Assembly: GCA_002507565.1 (NCBI GenBank)
Contig: MOXJ01000012.1
Coordinates: 1,035-65,034 of the forward strand
Length of the DNA: 64,000 nucleotides
Reading direction: 5' to 3'
Source of the DNA: Candidatus Reconcilbacillus cellulovorans
Lineage (GTDB): Bacteria > Bacillota > Bacilli > Paenibacillales > Reconciliibacillaceae
The notes below the pieces were generated by a model that was given only the letters and a program-made list of their open reading frames with translations, was not told the DNA's origin and ran no database searches. Positions 8,661-18,899 of the stretch are shown piece after piece. The first letter of the stretch is position 1. Every line of letters starts with the position of its first letter. Made by a program: the position numbers and the translations under genes.

Positions 8661-10010
8661 TTACGACGACGTCGCCGATGCCGGCGCCGGCCGACTGCGA
8701 CCGCGCAAAAAATAGACGATATCCGCTTCGACGGTAGCCGCGACTTTTCGGACGCCGTCCGCCGTCACCTCGGCCACTTCTTCGCTCAGCCGCTCTGGAT
8801 CGCGCTGCCGGCCGGAAAGCACGCCGTTATAGTCAAACGCGGCGATTTCATGCGGCGAATCGCGCAACGCCCGAAGCTGGCGGACGATCATCCGTTTCGT
8901 CCATTCGAGGTCTGAATCCGCAAACCGTCCCTCGCGCAGCGCGTCCAACTGCTCAAGGACGATCGCTTCCGCCTGTTGCCGCTTGTCGGGGGCGATGCCC
9001 GCCTGAACGACGAGAACGCCCTTGTGTCCGTCCAGGCCTGAAAAGGCATAATACGCAAGCCCCGCTTTTTCGCGGACATTGCGGAAAAGCAGAGAATGGG
9101 GGAAAGCACCGAGCAGGCCGTTATAGACGAGGAGAGCCGGATATTCATCATCGGCGTACGTAACTCCGGTGTGACAACCGATGCAAAGCTTGCCCTGCGC
9201 GATGTCCATCTCTTCCTCGATGCGGCGGACGCCGTCTGGGCCGGACGTTCCTGGCGATGCGGACTGCGGATGATATAACGGCTTCTCGGCAGACGTCGTG
9301 CCGATGCCGAACACCTCGCCGAAGGCGTCGGCCGTCCACCGTTCCGCGTCGTCCGGATCGACGGCGCCGACGACGTATACGTCCAGCGGAACGCCGTCCA
9401 TCCATTGGCGGTACGACGCATACAGCGTTTCCGAAGTAATGGCGTCGATGCGGTCCGGAAGGCCGAGAGGAGACAAAGCGTAAGGTTGCCCCTCGAACAT
9501 GAAGTGAACGCACCGTTCGGCCGCATAGCGCGTTTTGTCGTTGACAATCGCCGCCTGGCGTTCGCGCAGCGTCCGCTTTTCTTCTTCAACGTAGTCGCGT
9601 CGAAACGCTCCGCCTTCCGTCGCCGGATCGGTCAGCAGCGCCCCGAGCAACGAAAACGCCTCGGCCGTCGGCGAAAAGCGGTCGGGTTTACGGCCGACCA
9701 AAAACCGTTCGTCCGTCAGGTCCATCCGAAAACGAACGAGCTGGCAATCGCCCCGCTTTTGAATGTCGAACTCAATCGACGCTCCGAACAGTTCGTCCAG
9801 CCTGCGGCGCAAACGGACGGTCTCCGGGATTTGCCTCGTTCCCCTTCGAAGCACGAACGGCACGAGTGCGGTCGGCGTCACGGCGTCCGCGTCCAGCGGA
9901 CGGCCGATCATCACCGAAACGCTGCAGGTTTTGAACCGGTCGACGCGAAACACGTGCAGCCGCACGCGACCGAGGTCCCGGCGCTCAAATTGTCCCTCCA
10001 CCACGGTCAT
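8661..10010 (-). CDS. ymfF: M16-family peptidase-like protein, YmfF equivalent (no HxxEH motif noticed)
   Basis: The ORF track extends this gene to 10154, overlapping sleB. ATG at 10010 follows a GAAGGGAGAG SD. Insulinase-fold repeats are present, and the gene is paired with ymfH as in Bacillus. Confidence 0.8.
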   Translation of the reverse strand: MTVVEGQFERRDLGRVRLHVFRVDRFKTCSVSVMIGRPLDADAVTPTALVPFVLRRGTRQIPETVRLRRRLDELFGASIEFDIQKRGDCQLVRFRMDLTDERFLVGRKPDRFSPTAEAFSLLGALLTDPATEGGAFRRDYVEEEKRTLRERQAAIVNDKTRYAAERCVHFMFEGQPYALSPLGLPDRIDAITSETLYASYRQWMDGVPLDVYVVGAVDPDDAERWTADAFGEVFGIGTTSAEKPLYHPQSASPGTSGPDGVRRIEEEMDIAQGKLCIGCHTGVTYADDEYPALLVYNGLLGAFPHSLLFRNVREKAGLAYYAFSGLDGHKGVLVVQAGIAPDKRQQAEAIVLEQLDALREGRFADSDLEWTKRMIVRQLRALRDSPHEIAAFDYNGVLSGRQRDPERLSEEVAEVTADGVRKVAATVEADIVYFLRGRSRPAPASATSS

Positions 10011-10026
10011 CTCTCCCTTCGGTCCT

Positions 10027-10803
10027 TCAGCGGGTGAAAATGTGTTTGCCGATCCGCTTGTACTGCGGCCGCGACCAGATCCATTTCGAGGTCGCCGTCG
10101 CCGGATTGAAATAGTATAGGCAGCCGTCCGTCGGATCCCAGCCGTTGGCGGCATCCAGCACGGCGCGCCGCGATTCGGCGTCCGGCGGCAGCCAGGCCTG
10201 CCCGTCGGAGACCGCCGTAAACGCTCCAGGCTGGAAAATGACGCCCGCGACCGTGTCCGGAAAAAGCGGAGAGCGCACGCGGTTCAAAATCACCGCCGCG
10301 ACCGCGACTTTCCCGATATACGGCTCGCCTCGCGCTTCTCCGTGCACGACATGGGTCATCAAACGAATCTCCTGTTCGGTCAGGCCCATCCTTCCCGACC
10401 GCGAACCCGCCCGCGGAACCGCAGAAGCCGCCCGCACCGGTTCGCGCGGCGTCATTTCAGGCCGCCAGTGGCGGGTAGCTTGCCAAAGCTTCAGTTTCGT
10501 CTTCGGTCCGACGATCCCGTCGACGCGGAGACCGAAACGGCTCTGGAACCAACGGACCGCCGCCAGCGTCTTCGGCCCGAAAACGCCGTCGACTCGTCCA
10601 TGGTAAAATCCCAGCAGTTTGAGGCGCCCTTGTAGTTCGTAGACGTCTTCCCCGCGGGAGCCGTAACGGATGATAGCCGCGGAAAACGTCTCCCGGATTT
10701 CCGGTTCTGCCCCGCCGGAGCCGCTCCGCGTCGCCTTGGCGTGAAGACCGGCCGAAAGCGCCAGCGTGAGGGCGACCGACGCGGCGACAAGTCGCAACTT
10801 CAT
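10027..10803 (-). CDS. sleB: Spore cortex-lytic enzyme SleB (signal peptide, PG_binding_1, hydrolase_2)
   Basis: 258 aa. It has a signal peptide MKLRLVAASVALTLALSAGLHA and a peptidoglycan-binding repeat (GEDVYELQGRLKLLGFYHGRVDGVFGPKT). The C-terminus GEARGEPYIGKVAVAAVILNRV...YYFNPATATSKWIWSRPQYKRIGKHIF is nearly colinear with B. subtilis SleB. Confidence 0.9.
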   Translation of the reverse strand: MKLRLVAASVALTLALSAGLHAKATRSGSGGAEPEIRETFSAAIIRYGSRGEDVYELQGRLKLLGFYHGRVDGVFGPKTLAAVRWFQSRFGLRVDGIVGPKTKLKLWQATRHWRPEMTPREPVRAASAVPRAGSRSGRMGLTEQEIRLMTHVVHGEARGEPYIGKVAVAAVILNRVRSPLFPDTVAGVIFQPGAFTAVSDGQAWLPPDAESRRAVLDAANGWDPTDGCLYYFNPATATSKWIWSRPQYKRIGKHIFTR

Positions 10804-10834
10804 CGGATCACCTTTCCCTCGCGCAGTTTGCGCT

Positions 10835-10864
10835 TATTATGAGAAAGGCGGTTCCGACTTATGC
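10835..10864 (-). promoter_or_regulatory. Putative forespore sigma-G-type promoter of sleB
   Basis: The minus strand reads GCATA-(18 nt)-CATAATA. This matches the sigma-G consensus (G[AC]ATA, then 17-18 nt, then CATxxTA). It lies between the ftsK terminator and the sleB start. B. subtilis sleB is sigma-G dependent. Confidence 0.4.
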
Positions 10865-10865
10865 G

Positions 10866-10915
10866 AAAAAACCCGTAGCTGGACGCGGCCGCCCTCGCAC
10901 GCGCCGCCTCCAGCT
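10866..10915 (-). terminator. Rho-independent terminator after ftsK/spoIIIE
   Basis: The minus strand reads AGCTGGA-GGCGGC...GCCGC-G-TCCAGCT, a long GC-rich hairpin, followed by ACGGGTTTTTT. Confidence 0.7.
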
Positions 10916-10918
10916 CCT

Positions 10919-13396
10919 TCATCGCCGCTGAACCCACTCTTCGAGCGTCATCCGCACCTCGCGCGGTTTCGTTCCTTCATAGGGACCGACAATGCCGCCT
11001 GCTTCCATCGCGTCGATCAGCCGTGCAGCCCTGGCGTAACCAATCCTCAGCCGCCGCTGCAACAGAGAAACCGACGCCTGGCGCGACTCGAGCACGATGC
11101 GCACCGCGCGGTCATACAGCTCGTCGTCGACTTCGGCCGCCGTCTCGCTTTCCGCCGTTTCGGGCACGATGCTTTCCTCATAGCGGACTTCGCCGCGCGC
11201 TTGGCCGCGCACATAGGCGACGACTTCCTCGACTTCCCGGTCGGACACGAACGCTCCCTGGATGCGCACCGGTTTGGACGAACCCATGGGCAAAAACAAC
11301 ATGTCGCCGCGCCCCAGCAGCTTTTCGGCGCCCGCCATATCGAGGATCGTTCGGGAATCGACTTGCGACGATACGCCGAATGCGATGCGCGAGGGAATGT
11401 TCGCCTTGATGACGCCGGTGATGACGTCAACGGACGGACGCTGCGTCGCCAGAATGAGATGAATGCCCGCCGCACGCGCCATTTGCGCAAGCCGGCAGAT
11501 GGAGTCTTCGACGTCACCGGCGGCGACCATCATCAAATCGGCCAACTCGTCGACGACAACGACGATGTACGGCAGCGGCTCCCCTTCGCCGGCTTCGCGC
11601 AACCATTGGTTGTACCCTTCGATATTTCGTGTACCTGATTTAGAAAAAACTTCATAACGCCTTTCCATTTCCGCCACGATTTTTTTAAGCGCCATCGCGG
11701 CGCGCTTCGGATCCGTCACGACGGGCGCGAGAAGATGCGGAATTCCGTTGTAGACGTTCATCTCGACCATTTTCGGGTCGATCATCAGAAATCGGACCTC
11801 ATCCGGCCGCGCCTTGTACAGGATGCTGACGATCATGCCGTTGATGCACACGGACTTGCCCGACCCCGTCGCCCCGGCGACGAGCAGATGCGGCATCCGG
11901 GCCAAGTTGGCGATAACGGCTTGGCCGGAAATGTCACGTCCGAGCGCAACCGTCAGCTTGGATGGAGATTCCTGGAAGGCCGGGCTTTCGATCACTTCCC
12001 TGAGGGTCACCACAGAAATCTCGTTGTTCGGCACCTCGATGCCGATCGCCGATTTTCCCGGAATCGGCGCCTCCATCCGGATATCCTTGGCGGCGAGAGC
12101 AAGCGCGATGTCGTCCGTCAGATTGACGATCCGGCTCACCTTGACGCCGACGGCGGGCTGCAGCTCAAACCGGGTCACGGCCGGACCGCGGACCACTTCA
12201 AGCACTTTCGCCTTCACTCCGAAACTTTCTAAAGTTTCTTCCAATTTCCTCGACATCGCCGCGTAATCCGTCGGCTGGGCCGACCGGACGGAGACGACGG
12301 GCGGCTGCAATAGTTCGAGCGGCGGCAGCTCGTAAGCCGGGTTTGCTCCTTCTGCCGCACCGACCTCAAAGCCGCCGTCGGAGTCGGGCGAGGTTTCCTC
12401 CTGCGGCGAAACACGCACGCGGATCGTCGCCGGCTTGCCGGACGCAAAACCGGCGAGCGGCCGGTTACGATCGAGGCGATTAGCCGCCTCAGACGCCGCA
12501 ACAGGCGCCGAAAACCGGCGAACCGCCCCGGAATCGGCGTGAGCCGCTTCGTCGTATGGAAGTCTCAAGGCACCCGCATGCTGTTGAAAATCTCGAAAAA
12601 TCGGCAATTCGGCGGCGGCTTCGCCCGTCTTCTCCGCTTTTGCGGCTTCCTCTTTTGCGTCTTCTTTTTTGGCGGTTTCCCAGCCGCTTATCCATTCGTC
12701 CCAATCGTCGGCACCGGCAACCGATCCGGGCGGAACAGAACGCTCTTCTCCGGCTGCGCGTCCTTCGGAGACGTCGGCCCGACCCCCGCGCCGGGCAACC
12801 TTCTTTTTGCGCCATGCAAGCAGCTTCCGCCGGACGGCGGCAACCGCTTCCACATAGGAGACGCGAAATACGAGCACGATGCCGATCGCGACGAGCGTAT
12901 ACACGATCAGCTGGGCGCCCGGTTGGTCAAAGAGCGCGAACAACGCGGCGTACATCACCGCTCCGACGATGCCGCCGCCGACTTCCCCGCGCAAAATGCC
13001 GTCGGGTCGCGTCAGCCCGTCCGTCATGACGCGCCACGTCTCCTCGAGGATGAATGCGGCGCTCAACCGTTCGCGGCCGGGATCGAGCCAGGCGAACAAC
13101 CGGATATGGTTTTCCAGCAAAAACGCAAGCGCGAACAACAGCAAGCCGATTTTCCGCGGCGTTCGGAATTTCGGCCAGCCGCGGTGAATCATGGCGTAAA
13201 GCCCGACGGCCACGGCTGCCAGCGGGACCATCCAGTCGCCGACACCGACGAAAAAGCGAAGCAAATAAGTCAACGATCGGGGGACCGCTCCGGTTTGGGA
13301 CCACACCAGTACGGACAGCGTCAAGATGACGATGCCGTAAAGTTCGTACTTCAGCCCCACCGCAAACGAAGGGCGCTTTTTTTTCCGACCGGCCAT
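10919..13396 (-). CDS. ftsK: DNA translocase FtsK/SpoIIIE
   Basis: 825 aa. It has N-terminal transmembrane helices, a long charged linker, the motor domain with Walker A ([14 protein letters not shown]) and a C-terminal gamma domain ([22 protein letters not shown]). Confidence 0.95.
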   Translation of the reverse strand: MAGRKKKRPSFAVGLKYELYGIVILTLSVLVWSQTGAVPRSLTYLLRFFVGVGDWMVPLAAVAVGLYAMIHRGWPKFRTPRKIGLLLFALAFLLENHIRLFAWLDPGRERLSAAFILEETWRVMTDGLTRPDGILRGEVGGGIVGAVMYAALFALFDQPGAQLIVYTLVAIGIVLVFRVSYVEAVAAVRRKLLAWRKKKVARRGGRADVSEGRAAGEERSVPPGSVAGADDWDEWISGWETAKKEDAKEEAAKAEKTGEAAAELPIFRDFQQHAGALRLPYDEAAHADSGAVRRFSAPVAASEAANRLDRNRPLAGFASGKPATIRVRVSPQEETSPDSDGGFEVGAAEGANPAYELPPLELLQPPVVSVRSAQPTDYAAMSRKLEETLESFGVKAKVLEVVRGPAVTRFELQPAVGVKVSRIVNLTDDIALALAAKDIRMEAPIPGKSAIGIEVPNNEISVVTLREVIESPAFQESPSKLTVALGRDISGQAVIANLARMPHLLVAGATGSGKSVCINGMIVSILYKARPDEVRFLMIDPKMVEMNVYNGIPHLLAPVVTDPKRAAMALKKIVAEMERRYEVFSKSGTRNIEGYNQWLREAGEGEPLPYIVVVVDELADLMMVAAGDVEDSICRLAQMARAAGIHLILATQRPSVDVITGVIKANIPSRIAFGVSSQVDSRTILDMAGAEKLLGRGDMLFLPMGSSKPVRIQGAFVSDREVEEVVAYVRGQARGEVRYEESIVPETAESETAAEVDDELYDRAVRIVLESRQASVSLLQRRLRIGYARAARLIDAMEAGGIVGPYEGTKPREVRMTLEEWVQRR

Positions 13397-13414
13397 GCCG
13401 CCACCCCCAACCGC

Positions 13415-13423
13415 ATTATACCA
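13415..13423 (-). promoter_or_regulatory. Possible extended -10 element (TGGTATAAT) in front of ftsK
   Basis: The minus strand reads TGGTATAAT, a perfect TGnTATAAT match, 18 nt upstream of the ftsK ATG. There is no good -35 at 17 nt, and the resulting leader would be very short. Confidence 0.3.
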
Positions 13424-13444
13424 TAAAAACGAACGCGTGTTGGG

Positions 13445-13666
13445 TCAAAAAGGCAACCGGAGTCCCAGTTCCGCGCCCGGCTGACAGTTCGGATTCAAAT
13501 ATGCGTAAGGATCAGGGCTGATCAGGCGTACGACGCGCACGCGAACGGCGTCGAGACGCTCGACCTCCAGCAGCGAGCCGTTGCCTAACGGAATTTCAAA
13601 GCGGGGATTCGGCGAAGGAAACGGCTGGCCGAAAACGACGTCAATCGGCACGATCGTGTGGATCAC
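13445..13666 (-). CDS. ylzJ: YlzJ-like small protein
   Basis: The ORF runs 13445-13675. The second GTG (13666) is better spaced from the AAAAGG SD and gives [12 protein letters not shown]. Its position between tepA and spoIIIE/ftsK matches B. subtilis ylzJ. It overlaps the tepA 3' end. Confidence 0.7.
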   Translation of the reverse strand: MIHTIVPIDVVFGQPFPSPNPRFEIPLGNGSLLEVERLDAVRVRVVRLISPDPYAYLNPNCQPGAELGLRLPF

Positions 13667-14381
13667 GGTCCTCACCCTTTTTTCGTCTGGCGATCAGGCG
13701 GTTCAGCTCGCCGAGCGCGTCGCCGAGGCCGCCGACCCGGTCGATCAGCCCGCAGCGGACCGCTTCGGGTCCGATGATCGTCGTGCCGATGTCGCGGGCG
13801 AGTTCGCCGGTCGTAAACATCAACCGTTTCAGCGTTTCCTCGGTTACGCGCGAATGCCGGACGATAAAACGCACAACGCGCTCTTGCATTTTTTCCAGAT
13901 ATTCAAACGTCTGCGGCACACCGATGACGAGACCGTTCAGGCGGATAGGGTGAATCGTCATGGTCGCCGTCTCGGCGATAAAAGACACGTCGCCGCTTAC
14001 GGCGATCGGAACGCCAATGCTGTGACCGCCTCCGAGAACCAGTGTCACCTTGGGCTTCGTCATCGAAGCGACCATCTCCGCAATAGCCAAACCGGCTTCG
14101 ACGTCGCCGCCGACTGTATTGAGCACCACCAATACGCCTTTGATGTTGGGATTCTGTTCGGCCGCCACCAGTTGAGGGATCAGATGCTCGTATTTGGTCG
14201 TCTTGTTTTGGGGAGGCAAGACGAGGTGGCCCTCGACCTGACCGATGACCGTCATGCAAAAAATCGGGGATTCCATAGCGGCGACGGCGGTTTGTCCCAG
14301 CTGGCGGATATGCTCTCCGACGGCGGTCGATTCGACGCCAGGCGCGTTCGGCTCGTCCGATCCGTTCAGTCGTTCATTCAC
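13641..14381 (-). CDS. tepA: ClpP-family protease-like protein TepA (translocation-enhancing protein)
   Basis: 246 aa with a GTG start behind a GAAGGGGGA SD. The sequence [33 protein letters not shown] closely parallels B. subtilis TepA. Confidence 0.88.
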   Translation of the reverse strand: MNERLNGSDEPNAPGVESTAVGEHIRQLGQTAVAAMESPIFCMTVIGQVEGHLVLPPQNKTTKYEHLIPQLVAAEQNPNIKGVLVVLNTVGGDVEAGLAIAEMVASMTKPKVTLVLGGGHSIGVPIAVSGDVSFIAETATMTIHPIRLNGLVIGVPQTFEYLEKMQERVVRFIVRHSRVTEETLKRLMFTTGELARDIGTTIIGPEAVRCGLIDRVGGLGDALGELNRLIARRKKGEDRDPHDRAD

Positions 14382-14433
14382 GGCGTTTCCCCCTTCCCGC
14401 TTCGAAGATGTCTTCGGCGGCTAGTATGCGCCG

Positions 14434-14478
14434 AAAACAAAGGCCGGGATTCTTTCCGCGGAAAGATCTCCCGGCCTT
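14434..14478 (-). terminator. Rho-independent terminator after RNase J
   Basis: The minus strand reads AAGGCCGGGAGATCTTTCCGCGGAAAGAATCCCGGCCTT, a long and nearly perfect hairpin, followed by TGTTTT. Confidence 0.85.
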
Positions 14479-14513
14479 GTGCGACTGACGTTCAAACGGC
14501 CCGAAGGAATGAT

Positions 14514-16196
14514 TCAGACCTCCATGATGATCGGCAGAATCATCGGACGGCGACGTGTCTGTTCGTACAGAAAACGTCCCAGCGCGTCTCTGACGTTGGT
14601 TTTAAGCGACGCCCACTCAGTGACGTTCTCGCCCATGAGGCGGGTGAGCGTGTTGGTGACGATTTTGTTTGCTTCTTCCAGCAATGCCTCCGATTCGCGA
14701 ACATACACGAATCCTCGGGAAATGATGTCGGGTCCCGATAGAATCGTGCCGTCCTGTTTGCTGAGCGTGACCACGACCACGAGGATGCCGTCCTGGGACA
14801 TCAGTTTCCGGTCGCGCAGCACGATGTTGCCGACGTCGCCGACGCCGAGCCCGTCGATCAGCACGTTGCCGGCAGGCACTTTCGGGCCTAGCCGCGCCTG
14901 CCCGTTTTGGATCTCGACCGTGTCGCCGTTGTCGATCAGGAAAATGCGATCGCGATCGATGCCGACCGACTCGGCGAGCAACCCGTGCATCCGCAACATT
15001 CGGTATTCGCCGTGAACGGGAATGAAATATTTCGGGCGCATCAGGTTGAGCATCAGCTTCAACTCTTCCTGGCTGCCGTGTCCGGAAACGTGCACGCCGG
15101 AGACCGATCCCGGCCCGTAAATAACATGCGCCCCTTGCCGCATCAACTCGTCGACCGTCCGTCCGACATAACGCTCATTGCCCGGAATCGGCGTCGCCGC
15201 GATGACGACGGTGTCGCCCGGCAAAATATCCAGCTTTTTGTGCGCCGATCGGGCCATCCGCGTCAGCGCGGACATCGGCTCGCCCTGGCTTCCGGTCGAC
15301 AATATGACGATGCGTTCGGGCGGCAACCGGTGAACGTCCTCGAGTTCGATAAACGTTCCGTCCGGAATTTCGAGATATCCCAGTTCATGCGCGATGTTCA
15401 CGACGTTCACCATACTGCGGCCGACGATCGCCACTTTCCGGCGCGTGTTGTACGCGGCCTCGAACACCTGCTGAATGCGCGCGACGTTAGAAGCAAACGT
15501 CGCCACGATTACGCGCTGTTTCGCCTTGCGGAAAATGTCCTCCAACTCGGCGCCGACCGTCTTTTCCGAGCCGGTAAATCCCGGCCGCTCGGCGTTCGTG
15601 CTGTCGGACATCAGGACGAGCACGCCGCGCCTGCCGATTTCGGCCATTCGGTACAGATCGGCGAACTGATCGTTGACCGGCGTATGGTCGAACTTGAAAT
15701 CACCGGTATGGACGACGAGCCCTTCCGGAGTGTCGAGGCAGATGCCGACCGAGTCCGGAATGCTGTGATTCGTCCGGAAAAAGCTTGCCTTGATCGAGCC
15801 GAACGTCAAAACGGAATCGGCCGTAATGACATAGCGCTTCGTCTCGCCCAACAAATGGGCCTCTTTCAGCTTCGCTTCCACGAGACCCATCGTCAGCCGC
15901 GTCGCATACACCGGAACGTTCAGATGTTTCAGCACGTACGGCAAACCGCCGATATGGTCTTCGTGGCCGTGCGTCAACAAAATCGCGCGCACTTTCTCCC
16001 GATTTTCCACAAGATAGGAAATATCGGGGATGACGATGTCGATGCCCAGCATTTCTTCTTCCGGAAATTTCAATCCGGCGTCGATGACGACGATGTCGTT
16101 GCCGTACTGGACGACATACATGTTTTTCCCAATTTCACTCATGCCGCCCAGAGCAAAAATGGACAATTTCTCCTGGCTCTGCTGTTTGCGGGGCAA
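14514..16196 (-). CDS. rnj: Ribonuclease J (beta-CASP metallo-beta-lactamase RNase)
   Basis: The ORF runs 14514-16259. TTG at 16196 follows AAGGAGGAAA with a 6-nt gap and gives a typical RNase J N-terminus (KLSIFALGGMSEIGKNMYVV). The HxHxDH motif (LTHGHEDHIGG) is present. Confidence 0.93.
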   Translation of the reverse strand: MPRKQQSQEKLSIFALGGMSEIGKNMYVVQYGNDIVVIDAGLKFPEEEMLGIDIVIPDISYLVENREKVRAILLTHGHEDHIGGLPYVLKHLNVPVYATRLTMGLVEAKLKEAHLLGETKRYVITADSVLTFGSIKASFFRTNHSIPDSVGICLDTPEGLVVHTGDFKFDHTPVNDQFADLYRMAEIGRRGVLVLMSDSTNAERPGFTGSEKTVGAELEDIFRKAKQRVIVATFASNVARIQQVFEAAYNTRRKVAIVGRSMVNVVNIAHELGYLEIPDGTFIELEDVHRLPPERIVILSTGSQGEPMSALTRMARSAHKKLDILPGDTVVIAATPIPGNERYVGRTVDELMRQGAHVIYGPGSVSGVHVSGHGSQEELKLMLNLMRPKYFIPVHGEYRMLRMHGLLAESVGIDRDRIFLIDNGDTVEIQNGQARLGPKVPAGNVLIDGLGVGDVGNIVLRDRKLMSQDGILVVVVTLSKQDGTILSGPDIISRGFVYVRESEALLEEANKIVTNTLTRLMGENVTEWASLKTNVRDALGRFLYEQTRRRPMILPIIMEV

Positions 16197-16290
16197 AAAA
16201 CGTTTCCTCCTTGTCCGTCTCGACGACGCACGCGACGTTTTCCCGTCAACGTCGAACATACGCCTGTCCTACATCCTCCGGCCGTTTGCG

Positions 16291-17181
16291 TCAGATTTGC
16301 TCTACGAGTCGGGCGATAAACGCCGCTTCCTGCTCCGTCACCGGAACGAGCGGCAACCGCACCCCCCCTACGTCGATACCCTTCAACCGCAGCGCATGCT
16401 TCACGGGGGCAGGGCTCGGGACGCGGTGAGGGCAAAAGAACATGCCGTGAAAGACGGGATGCAGCTTCGCATGCAGCTGGGCTGCCTCCGCCGTTCTGCC
16501 GTCCGCGTAGGCTTCCATCATCCGTTTGATGTCGCGTCCCACGAGATGGGCGGCGACACTGACGACTCCGTACGCCCCGATGGCCAGAAACGGCAGTGTC
16601 AAACCGTCGTCCCCGCTGTAGACGCGAAAGCCGGCCGGCGCTGCCTTGATCAGCCGCGTCAAATGGTCGAAATCGCCGTGCGATTCTTTCGTCGCGACGA
16701 TATTCGGAAATTCGGCCAGCCTGAGCGTCGTCTCCGCCTCCAGCATGACGCCCGTTCGCGACGGGATGTTGTACAGCATGAGCGGAAGCGACGTCGATCG
16801 CGCGATCGCGCTGAAATGGCGATAAAGTCCTTCCTGCGAAGGGCGGCTGTAATAAGGGACGACTACGAGCGCGCCGTCGACTCCGGCCCGCTCCGCTTCC
16901 CTCGTCAGATGAATGCTGTGTTCCGTGTCGTAGGTACCGGTGCCGGCAAGAATCCGACACCGGCCTCTGGCCAACCGGACGCATGTCTCGTACAGCCGCA
17001 CTTTCTCTTCATCGGACAGCGTCGGCGATTCTCCCGTCGTGCCGCAAACGACGATACTGTCGGTCTTTTGCTCCTCGATCAGATAGTCCACAAGCTCGGG
17101 CAGGCGGTCCCAGTTCACCTGCAACCGTTCGTCGAACGGCGTGACCATAGCGGTCACCAGCCTGCCGAAATCGGTAGCCAA
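16291..17181 (-). CDS. dapA: 4-hydroxy-tetrahydrodipicolinate synthase
   Basis: 296 aa with a TTG start. FGRLVTAMVTPFDE...VVCGTTGESPTLS...YNIPSRTG are the characteristic DapA motifs. Confidence 0.95.
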   Translation of the reverse strand: MATDFGRLVTAMVTPFDERLQVNWDRLPELVDYLIEEQKTDSIVVCGTTGESPTLSDEEKVRLYETCVRLARGRCRILAGTGTYDTEHSIHLTREAERAGVDGALVVVPYYSRPSQEGLYRHFSAIARSTSLPLMLYNIPSRTGVMLEAETTLRLAEFPNIVATKESHGDFDHLTRLIKAAPAGFRVYSGDDGLTLPFLAIGAYGVVSVAAHLVGRDIKRMMEAYADGRTAEAAQLHAKLHPVFHGMFFCPHRVPSPAPVKHALRLKGIDVGGVRLPLVPVTEQEAAFIARLVEQI

Positions 17182-17247
17182 CGCCTGTCACACCCCTTTC
17201 CGGCACTGATGTCGCGGCGAACGCGCTTCGACCGTACCCCCGACGGT

Positions 17248-18285
17248 CTACCGGCGCCCGATCAAGTATTCGGCGATCTGCACCGCGTTCCATGCCGCAC
17301 CCTTAAGGAGGTTGTCCGACACGATCCACATGTTCAGCGCCCGCGGGTGGAACAGATCGCGCCGCAGACGTCCAACGAACGTCTCCTTTCGCCCGGCCGC
17401 TTCCGTCGCAAGCGGGTACCGCTGGTTTGCGGGATCGTCAACGACGACCACGCCCGGTGCAGCGGACAGCAGTTTTCGCACATCCTCCAGCTCGAAATCG
17501 CGGTCAAGCTCCACGTACACGGATTCGGAGTGTCCGTAGAAAACGGGAACGCGGACGCAGGTCGCGGTCACCCGAATCGAATCGTCCCCTAATATTTTTT
17601 TTGTTTCATTTACCATTTTCATTTCTTCATTGGTGAAGCCGTTATCCCAAAACTTGTCGATTTGCGGGATGACGTTAAACGCAATCGGATGTTTGACGGG
17701 CAACGAGGCGACCGGCAACACTTCCGCCGTCACCGGCTCTCCCGCCAACACGGCCGCGCTCTGGCGGCGCAGTTCCTCGATCGCCCGTGCTCCCGCCCCA
17801 GAAACCGACTGGTACGTGGACACGATGACACGGGAAATGCCGTATGCATCGTACAGCGGTTTGAGCGCGACGACCATCTGGATCGTCGAACAGTTCGGGT
17901 TGGCGATCACGCCGCGATGGTCGGCGATTTTGTCCGCGTTGACCTCCGGCACGACAAGCGGCGTCTGCGGATCCATCCGAAACGCGCTCGTGTTGTCGAT
18001 GCAGACGGCGCCGCGGGCTACCGCCTCTGGCACGAGCTGTCGGCTGACGTCGCCGCCGGCGGAAAACAGGGCGATGTCGACGCCTTCAAACGACTCGGGC
18101 GTCGCTTCCTCGACGGTCCATTCCTTCCCTTTGAAGCGAATCGTCTGGCCCGCCGAACGCCCGGACGCAAGAGGCTTGAACGAGCTGATCGGGAAATCGC
18201 GTTCTTCCAGCATCCGTACCATTTGCCGGCCGACGGCACCCGTCACGCCGACCACTGCGACGCAATAGTTCTCCTTCTTGATCAT
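17248..18285 (-). CDS. asd: Aspartate-semialdehyde dehydrogenase
   Basis: The ORF track extends this gene to 18369. ATG at 18285 follows a GGGAGGAAA SD and gives MIKKENYCVAVVGVTGAVG (NAD-binding). The active-site motif IANPNCSTI is present. Confidence 0.95.
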   Translation of the reverse strand: MIKKENYCVAVVGVTGAVGRQMVRMLEERDFPISSFKPLASGRSAGQTIRFKGKEWTVEEATPESFEGVDIALFSAGGDVSRQLVPEAVARGAVCIDNTSAFRMDPQTPLVVPEVNADKIADHRGVIANPNCSTIQMVVALKPLYDAYGISRVIVSTYQSVSGAGARAIEELRRQSAAVLAGEPVTAEVLPVASLPVKHPIAFNVIPQIDKFWDNGFTNEEMKMVNETKKILGDDSIRVTATCVRVPVFYGHSESVYVELDRDFELEDVRKLLSAAPGVVVVDDPANQRYPLATEAAGRKETFVGRLRRDLFHPRALNMWIVSDNLLKGAAWNAVQIAEYLIGRR

Positions 18286-18314
18286 CTCCGGTTTCCTCCC
18301 CGTCGTGTCCCGCG

Positions 18315-18899
18315 TCACCGTCCCACAAGAAGCGGCTGCAGCTGACGTCCCTGAAGCGCCGCCTCGCACGTCTCAAGGATCAGGTCCATGCGCGCCACCA
18401 GAGAATTCGGTTTCACATGAGGAGCGTCCTGGCCGAACGGCACGAAATAAACGTTTTTACAGATCAGCAGTTTGGCGATGTTGGCGGCGTTCAGCCCGAG
18501 TCCGTCGTTGGTGGATATCGCGAGCACGACCGGCCGCTGGTTGCGAAGCTGCGCCTTGGCCGCCATCAGGACGGGGCTGTCCGTCATCGCATTGGCCAAT
18601 CTGCTGATCGTGTTGCCCGTACAAGGCGCAATGACAAGAACGTCCAGTCGTTTGGACGGTCCGAGCGGTTCCGCTTCTACGATTGAAGCAATGATATCAT
18701 TCCCCGTGAGGTCTTTCAACTGGCGCAGCCAATCGCCCGACTGTCCGAAACGGGTGTCCGTGGTCGCAACCGAATGTGAGACGATTGGAACGACGTTTGC
18801 GCCCGCTTCGACGAATCGGCGGATCTGCGGCAGAACATCCGCAAACGTGCAATGCGAGCCCGTCAAGGCGAAACCGACGGTCAATCGGCTCCAGTTCAT
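18315..18899 (-). CDS. dpaB: Dipicolinate synthase subunit B (SpoVFB)
   Basis: 194 aa. It is a flavoprotein-like protein (VGFALTGSHCTF) that overlaps dpaA by 4 nt and precedes asd, as in Bacillus. Confidence 0.92.
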   Translation of the reverse strand: MNWSRLTVGFALTGSHCTFADVLPQIRRFVEAGANVVPIVSHSVATTDTRFGQSGDWLRQLKDLTGNDIIASIVEAEPLGPSKRLDVLVIAPCTGNTISRLANAMTDSPVLMAAKAQLRNQRPVVLAISTNDGLGLNAANIAKLLICKNVYFVPFGQDAPHVKPNSLVARMDLILETCEAALQGRQLQPLLVGR

